DNA of 64,000 nt, the filler included, from an uncultured Methanosarcinales archaeon (GTDB lineage Archaea; Nanobdellota; Nanobdellia; Woesearchaeales; BS150m-G63), in the NCBI GenBank assembly GCA_964630685.1. It is 5 parts of 5 records of this genome, joined end to end, with 100 filler letters (N's around TTAATTAATTAA, not from the genome) between each part and the next. Parts side by side here need not be neighbours in the genome. Positions count along the whole stretch, not along the records: positions 30,336 to 55,893 come from CAZVVW010000002.1; positions 55,994 to 57,205 come from CAZVVW010000003.1; positions 57,306 to 62,469 come from CAZVVW010000021.1; 2 more parts are not named here. One strand, 5' to 3'. The translations under genes were made by a program, and so were the position numbers. The stretch's first letter is position 1. Every line of letters begins with the position of its first letter. Below, one piece after another: positions 50,526 to 60,092 of this stretch. The notes beneath the pieces were generated by a model. It had not been told where the DNA came from, searched no databases, and saw only the letters and a list, made by a program, of their open reading frames with translations.

Positions 50526-51743
50526 ATGATAAGAGAAACATTAAAATATTCAATTTCAAACATCTGGCATAGGAAACTCAGGAGTTTTCTTTCGATTCTT
50601 TCAATATTTATAGGGATAATGGCTATAGTTGCATTATCTAGTTTTGGTATAGGGATACAATATTATATTGAAGATATGGCTAAAAAAATGGGTACTGATA
50701 AAGTAATGGTTATGCCTAGGGATTATATGAGTGCAATGGGCGAAACTAATGTAGTTTTAAATGAAGACGATCTTGATTTTCTTGAAAAAATACATGGTGT
50801 AAGCGAAGTTACTGGAATGAGAATGTCAACTGCCAAGATTAAATTCAAAAATTATCCAGAAATTTATCCTTATATTATGGGGATGGCAACAGATTCAGAA
50901 TCAAAAATATTAGTTGAAGAGATGTTTGCTGGTTATGGTGTAGAAAAGGGAAGAAATTTAGAAAAAGGAAATATATTAAAAGTAGTATTAGGGTATAGTT
51001 ACCTTATTCCCGATAAGGCATTTAAAAAAGCTGTGTCTGTAGGGGATAAAATTGAAATTAATGATGTTGAATTAAAAGTTATAGGATTTTATGAAGAGAT
51101 AGGAAATCCTGCAGATGACTTAAATGTGTATGTTTCATTAGAAGGGTATGAAAAGCTATTTGGGGAAGGGGATTATTTTTTTATTCTTTTGAGGGCTGAT
51201 TCGAATCAAGATTCTGTAAAATTAGCAGATAGAGTAAAAGAAAAGTTTAGAAAACATAGAGACCAAAAAGAAGGAGAAGAAGATTTTTCTGTACAAACTT
51301 ATGAAGAAATGATAGCAACATATGGGATGGTGATTGATATTTTAATTGGAATATTAGTGTTAATAGCTTTGATTTCAGTATTTGTTGCAGCTGTTAATAT
51401 TGCAAATACAATGTATACTTCTGTTTTAGAAAGAACTAAAGAAATTGGGATAATGAAATCAATTGGAGCTAAGAATAAATTAATATTATTTATTTTTGTG
51501 ATTGAATCAGGAATCTTGGGTTTGATTGGAGGGGTTATTGGTGTTTATCTTGGTTATTTGGTTGCTAAAGCTGGTGGTTGGATTGCTGCTTCAAATGGTC
51601 TTGCAATGTTAAAACCTGCATTTCCTTTTTGGTTAATGGGTGGCAGTTTATTGTTTGCTTTTTTAGTCGGGGTTGTTTCTGGATTATTGCCTGCGATAGG
51701 TGCTTCAAAACAGAAACCAGTAGATTCGTTGAGGTACGAGTGA
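50526..51743 (+). CDS. ABC transporter permease (MacB/FtsX family)
   Basis: NIANTMYTSVLERTKEIGIMKSIGA, PVDSLRYE. Confidence 0.93.
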   Translation: MIRETLKYSISNIWHRKLRSFLSILSIFIGIMAIVALSSFGIGIQYYIEDMAKKMGTDKVMVMPRDYMSAMGETNVVLNEDDLDFLEKIHGVSEVTGMRMSTAKIKFKNYPEIYPYIMGMATDSESKILVEEMFAGYGVEKGRNLEKGNILKVVLGYSYLIPDKAFKKAVSVGDKIEINDVELKVIGFYEEIGNPADDLNVYVSLEGYEKLFGEGDYFFILLRADSNQDSVKLADRVKEKFRKHRDQKEGEEDFSVQTYEEMIATYGMVIDILIGILVLIALISVFVAAVNIANTMYTSVLERTKEIGIMKSIGAKNKLILFIFVIESGILGLIGGVIGVYLGYLVAKAGGWIAASNGLAMLKPAFPFWLMGGSLLFAFLVGVVSGLLPAIGASKQKPVDSLRYE

Positions 51744-51749
51744 AATAAT

Positions 51750-51866
51750 GTGGTTAAAGAAGAATTAGATTATGGAACACGGAAATCCAAAAGGGATAAG
51801 AAAGCTAAAAGAGAATACAGAGTGTATAAAACTGGTGGGAAAGATAGAGTTAAGAAGAAGTGTTAG
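51750..51866 (+). CDS. Possible 38-aa highly basic micro-protein
   Basis: GTG-start ORF MVKEELDYGTRKSKRDKKAKREYRVYKTGGKDRVKKKC fills the gap after the permease. Confidence 0.35.
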   Translation: MVKEELDYGTRKSKRDKKAKREYRVYKTGGKDRVKKKC

Positions 51867-52851
51867 TTTTTTTTATTTGTTTTAAATATTTGTCTAATTT
51901 GACTTTGATTTCTTTTTTTAGTTCAACATTAAATAATTTAGAATCAAGTTGTGTTATTTTTTTATCCCAATCTATTTTTGGAAGTTTAGTAAATGTGCTC
52001 TTAAATACTCTTCCGGATTTTTTTACTCCTAATTCAACTTTTTTCAATTCTTTTGAATTAAATTTTCTTATTGAAGGTATTTTGGTAATGTTATTTGCAC
52101 CTGCTTTTAACATCATTGAATAATATTTGGGTTTATCGACCCACGCACCAGCAATAATGTGTAATTGAGGGAATTCAATTCTTGTTTTAGCTATCCATTC
52201 AGATACATATTCTTTTGTAGGTGAAGTTTTGAAAGGAGTTCCTGGATGAGGGTTTAATGTGTAGAATGTTACTTTCGAGATGTTGTGTTTTTTTATGAAT
52301 TGTTTTAGATTTTGGAAATCTTTTATTGTCTCTCCAAGACCGAGAATTATTGTGATTGCTTTTTTTAGATTTAATTCATCACAGTATTGGAATGTTTTAA
52401 GAATTGGTTGAAGGGTTTTACTTGGACATACTTCTTTTCTTAATTCCCAGTTTACTGTTTCTATTGTGCCTACGTATCCTTTTGTGTAAGGCTTAAATAT
52501 TGTTAGCTCTTTTTTGTTTAGTGTTCCAATATTTAACCACTGTTTTTCCTTAGTGATACTATGAATTGCTTTAACTAAAAACAACAACTCTTCCTTTGTA
52601 TAGGAATGATATCCACCAGAAACAAATTCTATTTTCCAGTTAAGCTTTTTTGAAATCAAAGTTTCTGCCAAGATTGAAGCAAATGTCCTCTTAGATTTCA
52701 AAGGATCTTGTTTATCTTTATTCAAGGACATATAACAAAAAGTACAATCTCCTAAGCTACAATACCAACTAAAAAAAAGCGCCCTTTCAAAATAAGTATC
52801 TCTATTAAAATTCTCCAAATATATTTTATTTGCTTTTTGAATTAAGTCCAT
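51850..52851 (-). CDS. Radical SAM protein (biotin-synthase-like family)
   Basis: ERALFFSWYCSLGDCTFCY (CX4CX2C), SGG, IILGLGET, LNPHPGTPF. Confidence 0.88.
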   Translation of the reverse strand: MDLIQKANKIYLENFNRDTYFERALFFSWYCSLGDCTFCYMSLNKDKQDPLKSKRTFASILAETLISKKLNWKIEFVSGGYHSYTKEELLFLVKAIHSITKEKQWLNIGTLNKKELTIFKPYTKGYVGTIETVNWELRKEVCPSKTLQPILKTFQYCDELNLKKAITIILGLGETIKDFQNLKQFIKKHNISKVTFYTLNPHPGTPFKTSPTKEYVSEWIAKTRIEFPQLHIIAGAWVDKPKYYSMMLKAGANNITKIPSIRKFNSKELKKVELGVKKSGRVFKSTFTKLPKIDWDKKITQLDSKLFNVELKKEIKVKLDKYLKQIKKTNTSS

Positions 52852-52874
52852 TGTTGTTTTGTTTTTTTATATGA

Positions 52875-52966
52875 AGTCTCTGCCCGGAGTTGCACCGGGG
52901 ACCTGCTGATGTTTCGAAAATATACGGAATACGAATCAGCCGCAATAGATACTATGCTACAGAGGC
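52875..52966 (-). tRNA. tRNA-Thr(CGT) with a 19-nt intron at 37/38 (52911-52929)
   Basis: Acceptor GCCTCTG/CAGAGAC, anticodon arm GCTGA-TTCGTA|intron|A-TCAGC, T arm CCCGG-TGCAACT-CCGGG. BHB central helix TTCG/CGAA. Confidence 0.9.
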
Positions 52967-52993
52967 AATAATAGAACAATTTATTGCTGGTAT

Positions 52994-53149
52994 TTATAAT
53001 TTTTTAAGTATGTCTTGTTTTGAGCCGAGCTCTTTCTGGCAGTTTGGACACACTGTGTGTTTTTTTCCTTTTTTGTCTTTTATGTATGTGCCTATTATCT
53101 TCTTTAAGAAATTCTCTTCAATCTTCTTTTTACATATTTCACATTTCAT
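52994..53149 (-). CDS. Small Zn-finger protein (51 aa), absent from the ORF track
   Basis: MKCEICKKKIEENFLKKIIGTYIKDKKGKKHTVCPNCQKELGSKQDILKKL, with a TATA-like element upstream. Confidence 0.75.
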   Translation of the reverse strand: MKCEICKKKIEENFLKKIIGTYIKDKKGKKHTVCPNCQKELGSKQDILKKL

Positions 53150-53275
53150 AATGAAGTGTCATTGCTGAGAGATATATAAATTTTGTTAAAAACGTTAAAT
53201 CTTTTTTATTTAAAACTTTTGAAAAATACTATTTTCTTCAAAAAACTTATAAACTATGCAGATTAGATTAAGCTT

Positions 53276-55030
53276 ATGACCCGTATAGCTGTAGTTGAGA
53301 GGGAGAAATGTAATCCTGCTAAATGTGGAGATCATCTTTGTTTTAGACTGTGCCCTATTAATCGTAGTGGTGATGAGTGTATTGTAAAGGAAAATAAAAA
53401 GATAATAATTAATGAAGAGCTATGTAATGGGTGTGGGATATGCGCTAATAAATGTCCTTTTGAAGCGATTTCTATAATTAATTTACCAGAAGAATTAACT
53501 AAACAGCCGATTCACCAGTATGGGCAGAATGGTTTTAGGTTGTATAGTTTACCAGTGCCTATTTTTGGGAAAGTTGTTGGTATTTTGGGTAAAAATGGCA
53601 TTGGAAAGAGTACTGCTATTAAGATTTTGGCTGATGTTTTGAAGCCAAATTTAGGTGAGTTGGATTCAAAAGAAGTGGATTATAATAAATTGATTGAATT
53701 TTTTAAAGGAAGCGAAGCTCAAGGATTTTTTGAAAAAGTGAGGGATGGAAAAATAAAAGTTGCTTATAAGCCACAACAAGTAGAATTGATTCCAAAACAA
53801 GCTAAAGGAAAAGTAAAAGAACTGCTTAAGAAAGTTGATGAAGTTGGTAAATTTGATGAGATTGTGGAGAAGTTGGAGTTGAGTAAATTATTAGATCATA
53901 AAATTGCAGATATTTCTGGCGGTGAATTACAGAGAGTTGCTATTGCTGCGACTGTGTTGAAAAAAGCCAATGTATATATTTTTGACGAGCCGAGTTCTTA
54001 TCTTGATATAAAGCAGAGAATTAAAGTTAGTAGATTCATAAGGGGGTTAGCTGATGAAAACACTGCTGTATTAGTTGTAGAGCACGATTTGATTATTTTA
54101 GATTATATGACTGATTTAATTCATCTGATGTATGGGAAAGAAGCGTGTTATGGTATTATATCTCAACCTAAGAGCACAAGAACAGGAATAAATGTTTATC
54201 TTGAAGGATATCTTAAAGGGGAAAACATCAGATTTAGGAATTATAAGATTAAATTTATTACTCGGATTGCTAAGAAATTAGAAAAAGGAGTCAAACTGAG
54301 TTATTGGAAAGGAATCAAGAAAAAATTAGGGAAATTTGAGCTTACTGCTGAAGAAGGTTTTGTAAATACCTATGATACTGTTGGAATTTTAGGGGAAAAT
54401 GGGATAGGAAAAACGACTTTTGTTAAAGTGCTTGCTGAAGTGATTAAAGCTGATGAAGGGAAAGTGGGGGGCAAGATTAAGGTTGCTTACAAACCCCAGT
54501 ATATTGAGAGTTCTAACAAACTAGTTGTTGATATGTTGAAAGAAGCTGTTAAGAGATATGATGCTGAATTAATTAAACCCTTAAAGATTAAACCTTTGTT
54601 AACCAGGCAAGTAAGTGAATTAAGTGGAGGAGAATTACAAAGAGTGGCAATTGCTTTTTGTTTATCTCAAGAAGCTGAACTTTATCTATTGGATGAACCA
54701 AGCGCTTATTTGGATGTAGAACAGAGATTAATTGTTGCTAAAGTGATTAAAGATATAATGGATAAAAGGGGAACAAGTGCGTTAGTTGTTGACCATGATT
54801 TACTTTTTGCTGATTATTTGAGTAAAAATCTGTTAGTGTTTAGTGGAGAGTCTGCTGTTGAGGGAAAGGTTGATGGGCCTTTTAGTATGGAAGACGGAAT
54901 GAATTTCTTTTTGAAAGATTTGGAAATTTCTATGAGGAGAGATAAAGAGAGTTTTAGACCTAGAATAAATAAACATGGCTCTGTTATGGATAGAGAACAA
55001 AAAGGAAAAAATAAATTATATTATAGTTGA
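53276..55030 (+). CDS. rli1: Ribosome recycling ATPase ABCE1/Rli1
   Basis: N-terminal Fe-S motifs, two ABC domains (SGGELQR twice), and RPRINK.GS..DREQK. Confidence 0.97.
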   Translation: MTRIAVVEREKCNPAKCGDHLCFRLCPINRSGDECIVKENKKIIINEELCNGCGICANKCPFEAISIINLPEELTKQPIHQYGQNGFRLYSLPVPIFGKVVGILGKNGIGKSTAIKILADVLKPNLGELDSKEVDYNKLIEFFKGSEAQGFFEKVRDGKIKVAYKPQQVELIPKQAKGKVKELLKKVDEVGKFDEIVEKLELSKLLDHKIADISGGELQRVAIAATVLKKANVYIFDEPSSYLDIKQRIKVSRFIRGLADENTAVLVVEHDLIILDYMTDLIHLMYGKEACYGIISQPKSTRTGINVYLEGYLKGENIRFRNYKIKFITRIAKKLEKGVKLSYWKGIKKKLGKFELTAEEGFVNTYDTVGILGENGIGKTTFVKVLAEVIKADEGKVGGKIKVAYKPQYIESSNKLVVDMLKEAVKRYDAELIKPLKIKPLLTRQVSELSGGELQRVAIAFCLSQEAELYLLDEPSAYLDVEQRLIVAKVIKDIMDKRGTSALVVDHDLLFADYLSKNLLVFSGESAVEGKVDGPFSMEDGMNFFLKDLEISMRRDKESFRPRINKHGSVMDREQKGKNKLYYS

Positions 55031-55047
55031 TTTCAATCGTTTTAGAT

Positions 55048-55272
55048 TTACTTAGCTACAATCATGGTGCTTGTGAGCTTTACTTCTTTAATTGGTCTAA
55101 TTTTATCCATTACAAAAGCACTCAAACCTTCTGGTGAATCTACAGTTACTTTAGCGATAATATCCCATTCGCCAAATAAGATGTGGGCTTCTTTTATTTT
55201 AGGTAAGCTTTGTATTTCTTCTACAATTTTTTGTTCGTTTTCAGTTACACTGATTAATAAATATGCTAACAT
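55048..55272 (-). CDS. Stand-alone Lrp/AsnC ligand-binding (RAM) domain protein
   Basis: AYLLI..EAHILFGEWDIIAKV..IRPIKEVKLTSTMIV. Confidence 0.88.
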   Translation of the reverse strand: MLAYLLISVTENEQKIVEEIQSLPKIKEAHILFGEWDIIAKVTVDSPEGLSAFVMDKIRPIKEVKLTSTMIVAK

Positions 55273-55336
55273 TTTATAGCACCCCCGTTGTTATAGTAAT
55301 TATTTTTAGACTACTTAAACTTTTTTATTTAAGTAA

Positions 55337-55391
55337 ATATATATATATATACCTATATATATATAGGTATATATATATATATATATATATT
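55337..55391. repeat. (TA)n microsatellite forming a long palindrome around ACCT..AGGT
   Basis: (AT)n-ACC-(TA)n-GGT-(AT)n. Confidence 0.85.
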
Positions 55392-55447
55392 GATTATATT
55401 TAACTAAAAAAGATAAATTTATATTTTGTTTCCTTTTTTTGACTTAT

Positions 55448-55893
55448 ATGGGAGATAAATATAGGGTCCAAAAATTATTAAGTAGTTATGGTTATTGTTC
55501 AAGGAGGAAAGGGGAGAAGTTGATTGAGGAAGGTAGAGTTAAAGTTAATGGTGAAACCATTTCAATAGGTGATCAAGCAGAAGAAGAAGATGAAATTTAT
55601 GTGGATAATAAATTAGTTGAAAAACAAAAAAAGATTTATTTGATGTTTAATAAACCAGTAGGATGTGTTACTTCTTTAAAAGATCCAAAATACAAGACTG
55701 TAATGGAATATATAGATGTTTTTGAGAGGGTTTTTCCAATAGGAAGATTAGATTATAATACTTCGGGAATGTTGATTTTAACAAATGATGGCGATTTTGC
55801 AAATAAAATAATGCATCCAAGATATGAGATTAAAAAAACTTATGTTGTAAATTTGAAAGATAGATTAACAAACAAACAAGAAGAAATGATTAG
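55448..55893 (+). CDS. RsuA/RluB-family pseudouridine synthase, truncated at contig end
   Basis: S4 domain (CSRRKGEKLIEEGRVKVNG), NKPVG, and catalytic GRLDYNTSG. Confidence 0.9.
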
Positions 55894-55993
55894 NNNNNNN
55901 NNNNNNNNNNNNNNNNNNNNNNNNNNNNNNNNNNNNNTTAATTAATTAANNNNNNNNNNNNNNNNNNNNNNNNNNNNNNNNNNNNNNNNNNNN
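55894..55993. other. Artificial contig junction
   Basis: N run with TTAATTAATTAA linker. Confidence 0.95.
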
Positions 55994-55995
55994 AT

Positions 55996-56316
55996 AGACG
56001 TGCGCTTAAAGAAAATATATATGGGGTTAATAAAGAAATGGATGGAGAATTTACTGTTTTAAGAGATATTGCTAAAAAAAGTCGTGCGAGTGTAATTGTA
56101 ACTAATCAAGTTTATGCTGATTTTAAGGAAAAAGATGCTGTGCAGATAGTTGGAGGAAATATGTTTAGGAACTGGAGTGGGGTATTATTAGAATTAAAAA
56201 AATTTTCTGAAAGTAAGCGTGGTGCTGTTTTAATGAAATCAAAAAAAGAGGGAAAAAGGAAAAAAGAAAAAGAAATTGTTTTTAAAATAAAAGAAAGAGG
56301 ATTTACTCCTCTGTAA
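55996..56316 (+). CDS. radB: RadB/RecA-superfamily protein, C-terminal fragment
   Basis: VIVTNQVY..IVGG..WS..LLEL..RGAVLMKS..FKIKERG. Frame is open from the contig start. Confidence 0.7.
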   Translation, partial: RRALKENIYGVNKEMDGEFTVLRDIAKKSRASVIVTNQVYADFKEKDAVQIVGGNMFRNWSGVLLELKKFSESKRGAVLMKSKKEGKRKKEKEIVFKIKERGFTPL

Positions 56317-56902
56317 AATCCTCTATTGTTTGTTTTAAGTCTGAATCTTTTTTAATCACTCCTTTGTTTTTCATGAATTCTTTTGCAAGAATATAAAATA
56401 AGATTCCTAAACTTTTCTTTCCTTTATTATTGCAGGGGATTACTAAATCTATTTTATTTGATTGGTTGTTAGTATCACATAAAGCAATTACTGGCACCCC
56501 TATCCTTATTGCATCGTTTACGGCATTTCTATCTGGCCAAGGATCTACAACTAAAATTAATTTGGTTTCCATATAATTTTCTAAAGCCGGGTTTGTTAAT
56601 ATTCCTGGGGGGTATCTTCCAGCAAAGCATTTTATTCCTGTTAATTTGCTTAAAAGTTTAACTGGTTTCCAACCATTTTCCCTTCTACTAACGATTAAAA
56701 TGTCTTCTGGTTCGTATTGAGAAATAAAATCTACAGCTACCTTTATTCTTTCATCTATTTTTGATAGATTAAGCACGGATAATCCATCTGGCCTTGTTTT
56801 GTAGATGAATCTATCCATATGTTTTGTTTTGAATTTTGTTCCTATGTGAATTCCTGCTTTCAAATATGTATCTTTTGCTACTAAAAATTTTTCTTCAGTC
56901 AT
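56303..56902 (-). CDS. rps2: 30S ribosomal protein uS2
   Basis: YLKAGIHIGTK, GRYPPGILTN, ALCDTNN, IPCNNKG. Confidence 0.97.
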   Translation of the reverse strand: MTEEKFLVAKDTYLKAGIHIGTKFKTKHMDRFIYKTRPDGLSVLNLSKIDERIKVAVDFISQYEPEDILIVSRRENGWKPVKLLSKLTGIKCFAGRYPPGILTNPALENYMETKLILVVDPWPDRNAVNDAIRIGVPVIALCDTNNQSNKIDLVIPCNNKGKKSLGILFYILAKEFMKNKGVIKKDSDLKQTIEDFTEE

Positions 56903-57101
56903 GTTAATTACCTCTCTGCAATCTTTCTAACCTCATGCAGCGTTGATATCATCCAAGTGGGTTGATGTCTTTGGTTTTAATGGAGAAATATCTGGGTTTA
57001 TTTATAAAATTTGCGTTAATTTTTCCTAATTTTAATGAATTTCCGAAACATTTAAATACAATTAGTACTATTTTACTATTAAATAGGTAATTATAAATTA
57101 T

Positions 57102-57162
57102 TTATTTAATAATTATTTAAGTTTTATTTAATAATTATTTAAGTTTAATATAATAATTATTT
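57102..57162. repeat. 22-bp AT-rich tandem repeat (2 copies plus a partial)
   Basis: ttatttaataattatttaagtt at 57102-57123 and 57124-57145. Confidence 0.6.
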
Positions 57163-57205
57163 AGTACTAATATACAGAATAAAATGCGTGTCGTTGTAAG
57201 CAATA

Positions 57206-57305
57206 NNNNNNNNNNNNNNNNNNNNNNNNNNNNNNNNNNNNNNNNNNNNTTAATTAATTAANNNNNNNNNNNNNNNNNNNNNNNNNNNNNNNNNNNNNNN
57301 NNNNN
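57206..57305. other. Artificial contig junction
   Basis: N run with TTAATTAATTAA linker. Confidence 0.95.
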
Positions 57306-57330
57306 ACCAAACTCAAAAATCACTTCGTGA

Positions 57331-57398
57331 CTTCATATAACATTGACTAAACGGTTCGCTGACGCTCTCCCAAATTTTTCTCTTACTAGGGGGTCGCC
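57331..57398 (+). repeat. Left half of an attC-like element plus left inverted repeat
   Basis: ATATAAC, attgactaaacg, gttcgctgacgctc, ccaaa, then tttttctcttact (57375-57387) and tagggggtcgcc (57387-57398). Confidence 0.5.
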
Positions 57399-59284
57399 TA
57401 AATAAAATTCATCTGATACCATCTGATGAATGTAAGAACACTAAAAACATGATTTGTCCTAATCTCTACTTCTTGACTTATTGGTAACCAAGCAGTTAGA
57501 TACTCTCCTCCTCTCCCTCTTCCTAACTTTTTCTCTAATTCTTTTATTCTTTCTTTAAACACTTTATTCAATTTAACAATATATTTTTTATCCAAAATGC
57601 TCCAAACTCCAGCAGGTGCAGACTTAATATTCTTATCCAATTCTTTTGCTACTAATTTATGCAATTTCATCTCTTCATTTGCTGGCAATGGTGCTTTTCT
57701 TCTCTCGTAGATCTCTTTAGGAAGAACTTCTTTGAATGCTTCACGCAAAACAAATTTCTCAGTTCCACCTTTCAAATTTTCCTGCATTGGAACTTCTAAT
57801 GCAATCTTGACAACATTATGATCACAAAATGGAAGTCTTGCTTCTACAGAATTAGCCATACTACACCGATCATTTGCATCCTGTAAAAACTTTAAGAATT
57901 TTTTTGCATAAAAATATTGCATTCTTTCTACAGAATTTTTGCTCTTACATCTATCATAATAATTTGAAACATTATAGTCTATAACCTTATCAAAGTTCAC
58001 TGAACCTAAAAAATCTTTAGTGAAGTATTGACTACAATGAGGGACTCTCTTTTTCCATAAAGATCTAAATTTCTTAGAAGTAGCACAAGCTTCTTTATCC
58101 AATTTTAGTCCTGGAAATTTATGAAAATATCCTAAATTAAACTCGTCTGCCCCTTCTCCTGTTAAAACAACTTTACAACCAGCTTTATGTAAAGTACGAT
58201 AGTTTGCTAACATTCCAAGTTGTCTTATTGTATCATGAGGTTCATCCATTGCTTTAATCATAAAATCAACATCAGAAATCATTTTCTCCGCAGTTAAATT
58301 TGGAGTTAATAATTTAATTCCTCTTTGCTTTGCTAGAACTTGCGCATGTTCAAAATCAGGATTCTTTGTATCTCCTTTAAATTTAATAGATGAGGAAGTA
58401 AATTTTCCATCAAAATTATCATCTGCAACAGCAGTAATTATGCTTGAATCTAATCCTCCACTTAATGCAGTTCCAAATTTAACTTCATCAGGCAGTCTTA
58501 TTTTAATTGCTTTTTCAACTTTTCTTCCTAATTCTTTGACAAAATTCTTTCTTTTATCATGTAATTTTTTTGTATGAATTGGAACATCCCAATATTCTTT
58601 TATCTTCAATCCATTTTTATCAAAGATTGCATAAGTTCCAGGATTAAATCCCAAAATTCCTTTAAAGAATGATCTGTTAAGACCAGCATTTCCCGCTGCA
58701 AAAGTAAGCATTCCTAAAAAATAATCAGCAATTGTTTCATTATCTGGCTCTTTCCTAAATCCAGGATAACCTAAAATTCCTTTTGGCTCTGAACTGAATA
58801 GGAAAGTTCCATCTTCTAATAAAGAATAATAATATGGCTTTATTCCAGTTCTGTCTCTAGCCATAAAAACCAAATTTTTCTTACCATCATATATTGCAAA
58901 AGCAAAAGCACCTACAAATTTATTGACACATTTATTTCCCCATTCAAGATAAGATTTTAAGATTACTTCTGTATCAGAATGAGTTTTAAATTTATATCCT
59001 TTCTTTCTTAACTCTTCCCCTAGTTCATTATGATTATAAATTTCGCCATTAAATGTGATAGCATATTCATTTCCTTTATGTTTCTCAATAATTGGTTGAT
59101 GCCCTCTTTTCACATCTACAATACTTAATCTAGCGTGACCAAAGACAATATTCTTATTTTTAGAAATAAATGTGCCTTTATCATCTGGACCTCTATGATC
59201 TAAACATTGGTTCATAGATTTAACTATCTTAAGAGAATTCTTGATTGGAGAAGAAAAATTTATGATACCATTTATTCCGCACAT
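57398..59284 (-). CDS. asnB: Asparagine synthase (glutamine-hydrolysing) family amidotransferase
   Basis: MCGI, HRGPD, NGEIYN, LSGGLDSS, TGEGADE, EARLPF. Confidence 0.93.
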   Translation of the reverse strand: MCGINGIINFSSPIKNSLKIVKSMNQCLDHRGPDDKGTFISKNKNIVFGHARLSIVDVKRGHQPIIEKHKGNEYAITFNGEIYNHNELGEELRKKGYKFKTHSDTEVILKSYLEWGNKCVNKFVGAFAFAIYDGKKNLVFMARDRTGIKPYYYSLLEDGTFLFSSEPKGILGYPGFRKEPDNETIADYFLGMLTFAAGNAGLNRSFFKGILGFNPGTYAIFDKNGLKIKEYWDVPIHTKKLHDKRKNFVKELGRKVEKAIKIRLPDEVKFGTALSGGLDSSIITAVADDNFDGKFTSSSIKFKGDTKNPDFEHAQVLAKQRGIKLLTPNLTAEKMISDVDFMIKAMDEPHDTIRQLGMLANYRTLHKAGCKVVLTGEGADEFNLGYFHKFPGLKLDKEACATSKKFRSLWKKRVPHCSQYFTKDFLGSVNFDKVIDYNVSNYYDRCKSKNSVERMQYFYAKKFLKFLQDANDRCSMANSVEARLPFCDHNVVKIALEVPMQENLKGGTEKFVLREAFKEVLPKEIYERRKAPLPANEEMKLHKLVAKELDKNIKSAPAGVWSILDKKYIVKLNKVFKERIKELEKKLGRGRGGEYLTAWLPISQEVEIRTNHVFSVLTFIRWYQMNFI

Positions 59285-59285
59285 T

Positions 59286-60092
59286 TTATTTACCTCTTTT
59301 ATACATCTGTTTTACTTTTTTGTTTATTAAATTTGTCTTTTCAGTACTTGTGGAAACATTAACTTCGTTAACTTCTCTCACTGGCATTGCACCCATGCTT
59401 GTACTTGAGATAAATACTTCGTCATACTTTCCATCCAACACATCCTTAATCAGAATTTTCTCAAAAACTAAATTTAATCCTAATTCTTTTGCAGCTACTA
59501 AAATATGCTTTCTAGTTACACCTTCTAAAACTTGTTCATTAGTTGTAATCAATTCATTCCCTTTGATAACAAATAAATTAGACCTTGTTCCTTCCAAAGC
59601 AAAACCATCTTTATCAACGAGTAATGCATCTAAAGCTTTCTGTTCTTGTGCCTTTCTATAGGCAACATAATTCAAAAGCAAACAATTAGATTTAGCTTCT
59701 GGAAGATATCGTTCTCCATTATAAGTTACAACTTTAATGCCCTCTCGGTAAAACTTCTTTGGATAAAATGTAATACCAACAGTAAAAACAAACAGAGTAG
59801 GATTCTCTCCCCCAATTAATTGGACTCTCAATAATCCATTTTCAGTATTATTTTTTTCAATTAGTTTGTTAAAACTATTAATCAAATCAGATTTAGAAAA
59901 GCTATGCTCAATACCAACAACTTTAGCTGAGTTCATCAACCTTTCAATATATTCATCAACAAAATACACTTTCCCCTGAATCACTTTTAGAGACTCATAG
60001 ATACTAAAATTAAAAAAATATTCTCTATGAGTAACAGGCATTACAGCTTCTTCTTCAGGAATTAGTTGATAATTTTTTATTACGTATTTCAT
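59286..60092 (-). CDS. PLP-dependent class IV aminotransferase (BCAT/DAAT/ADC-lyase family)
   Basis: YESLK, EAKS (PLP Lys), EGTRSNLF, LEGVTR, EVFISST. Confidence 0.88.
   Translation of the reverse strand: MKYVIKNYQLIPEEEAVMPVTHREYFFNFSIYESLKVIQGKVYFVDEYIERLMNSAKVVGIEHSFSKSDLINSFNKLIEKNNTENGLLRVQLIGGENPTLFVFTVGITFYPKKFYREGIKVVTYNGERYLPEAKSNCLLLNYVAYRKAQEQKALDALLVDKDGFALEGTRSNLFVIKGNELITTNEQVLEGVTRKHILVAAKELGLNLVFEKILIKDVLDGKYDEVFISSTSMGAMPVREVNEVNVSTSTEKTNLINKKVKQMYKRGK

Noticed and set aside
52890..53168. 92-aa plus-strand ORF from the track
   Set aside because: It is an antisense shadow of tRNA-Thr and the small Zn-finger gene.
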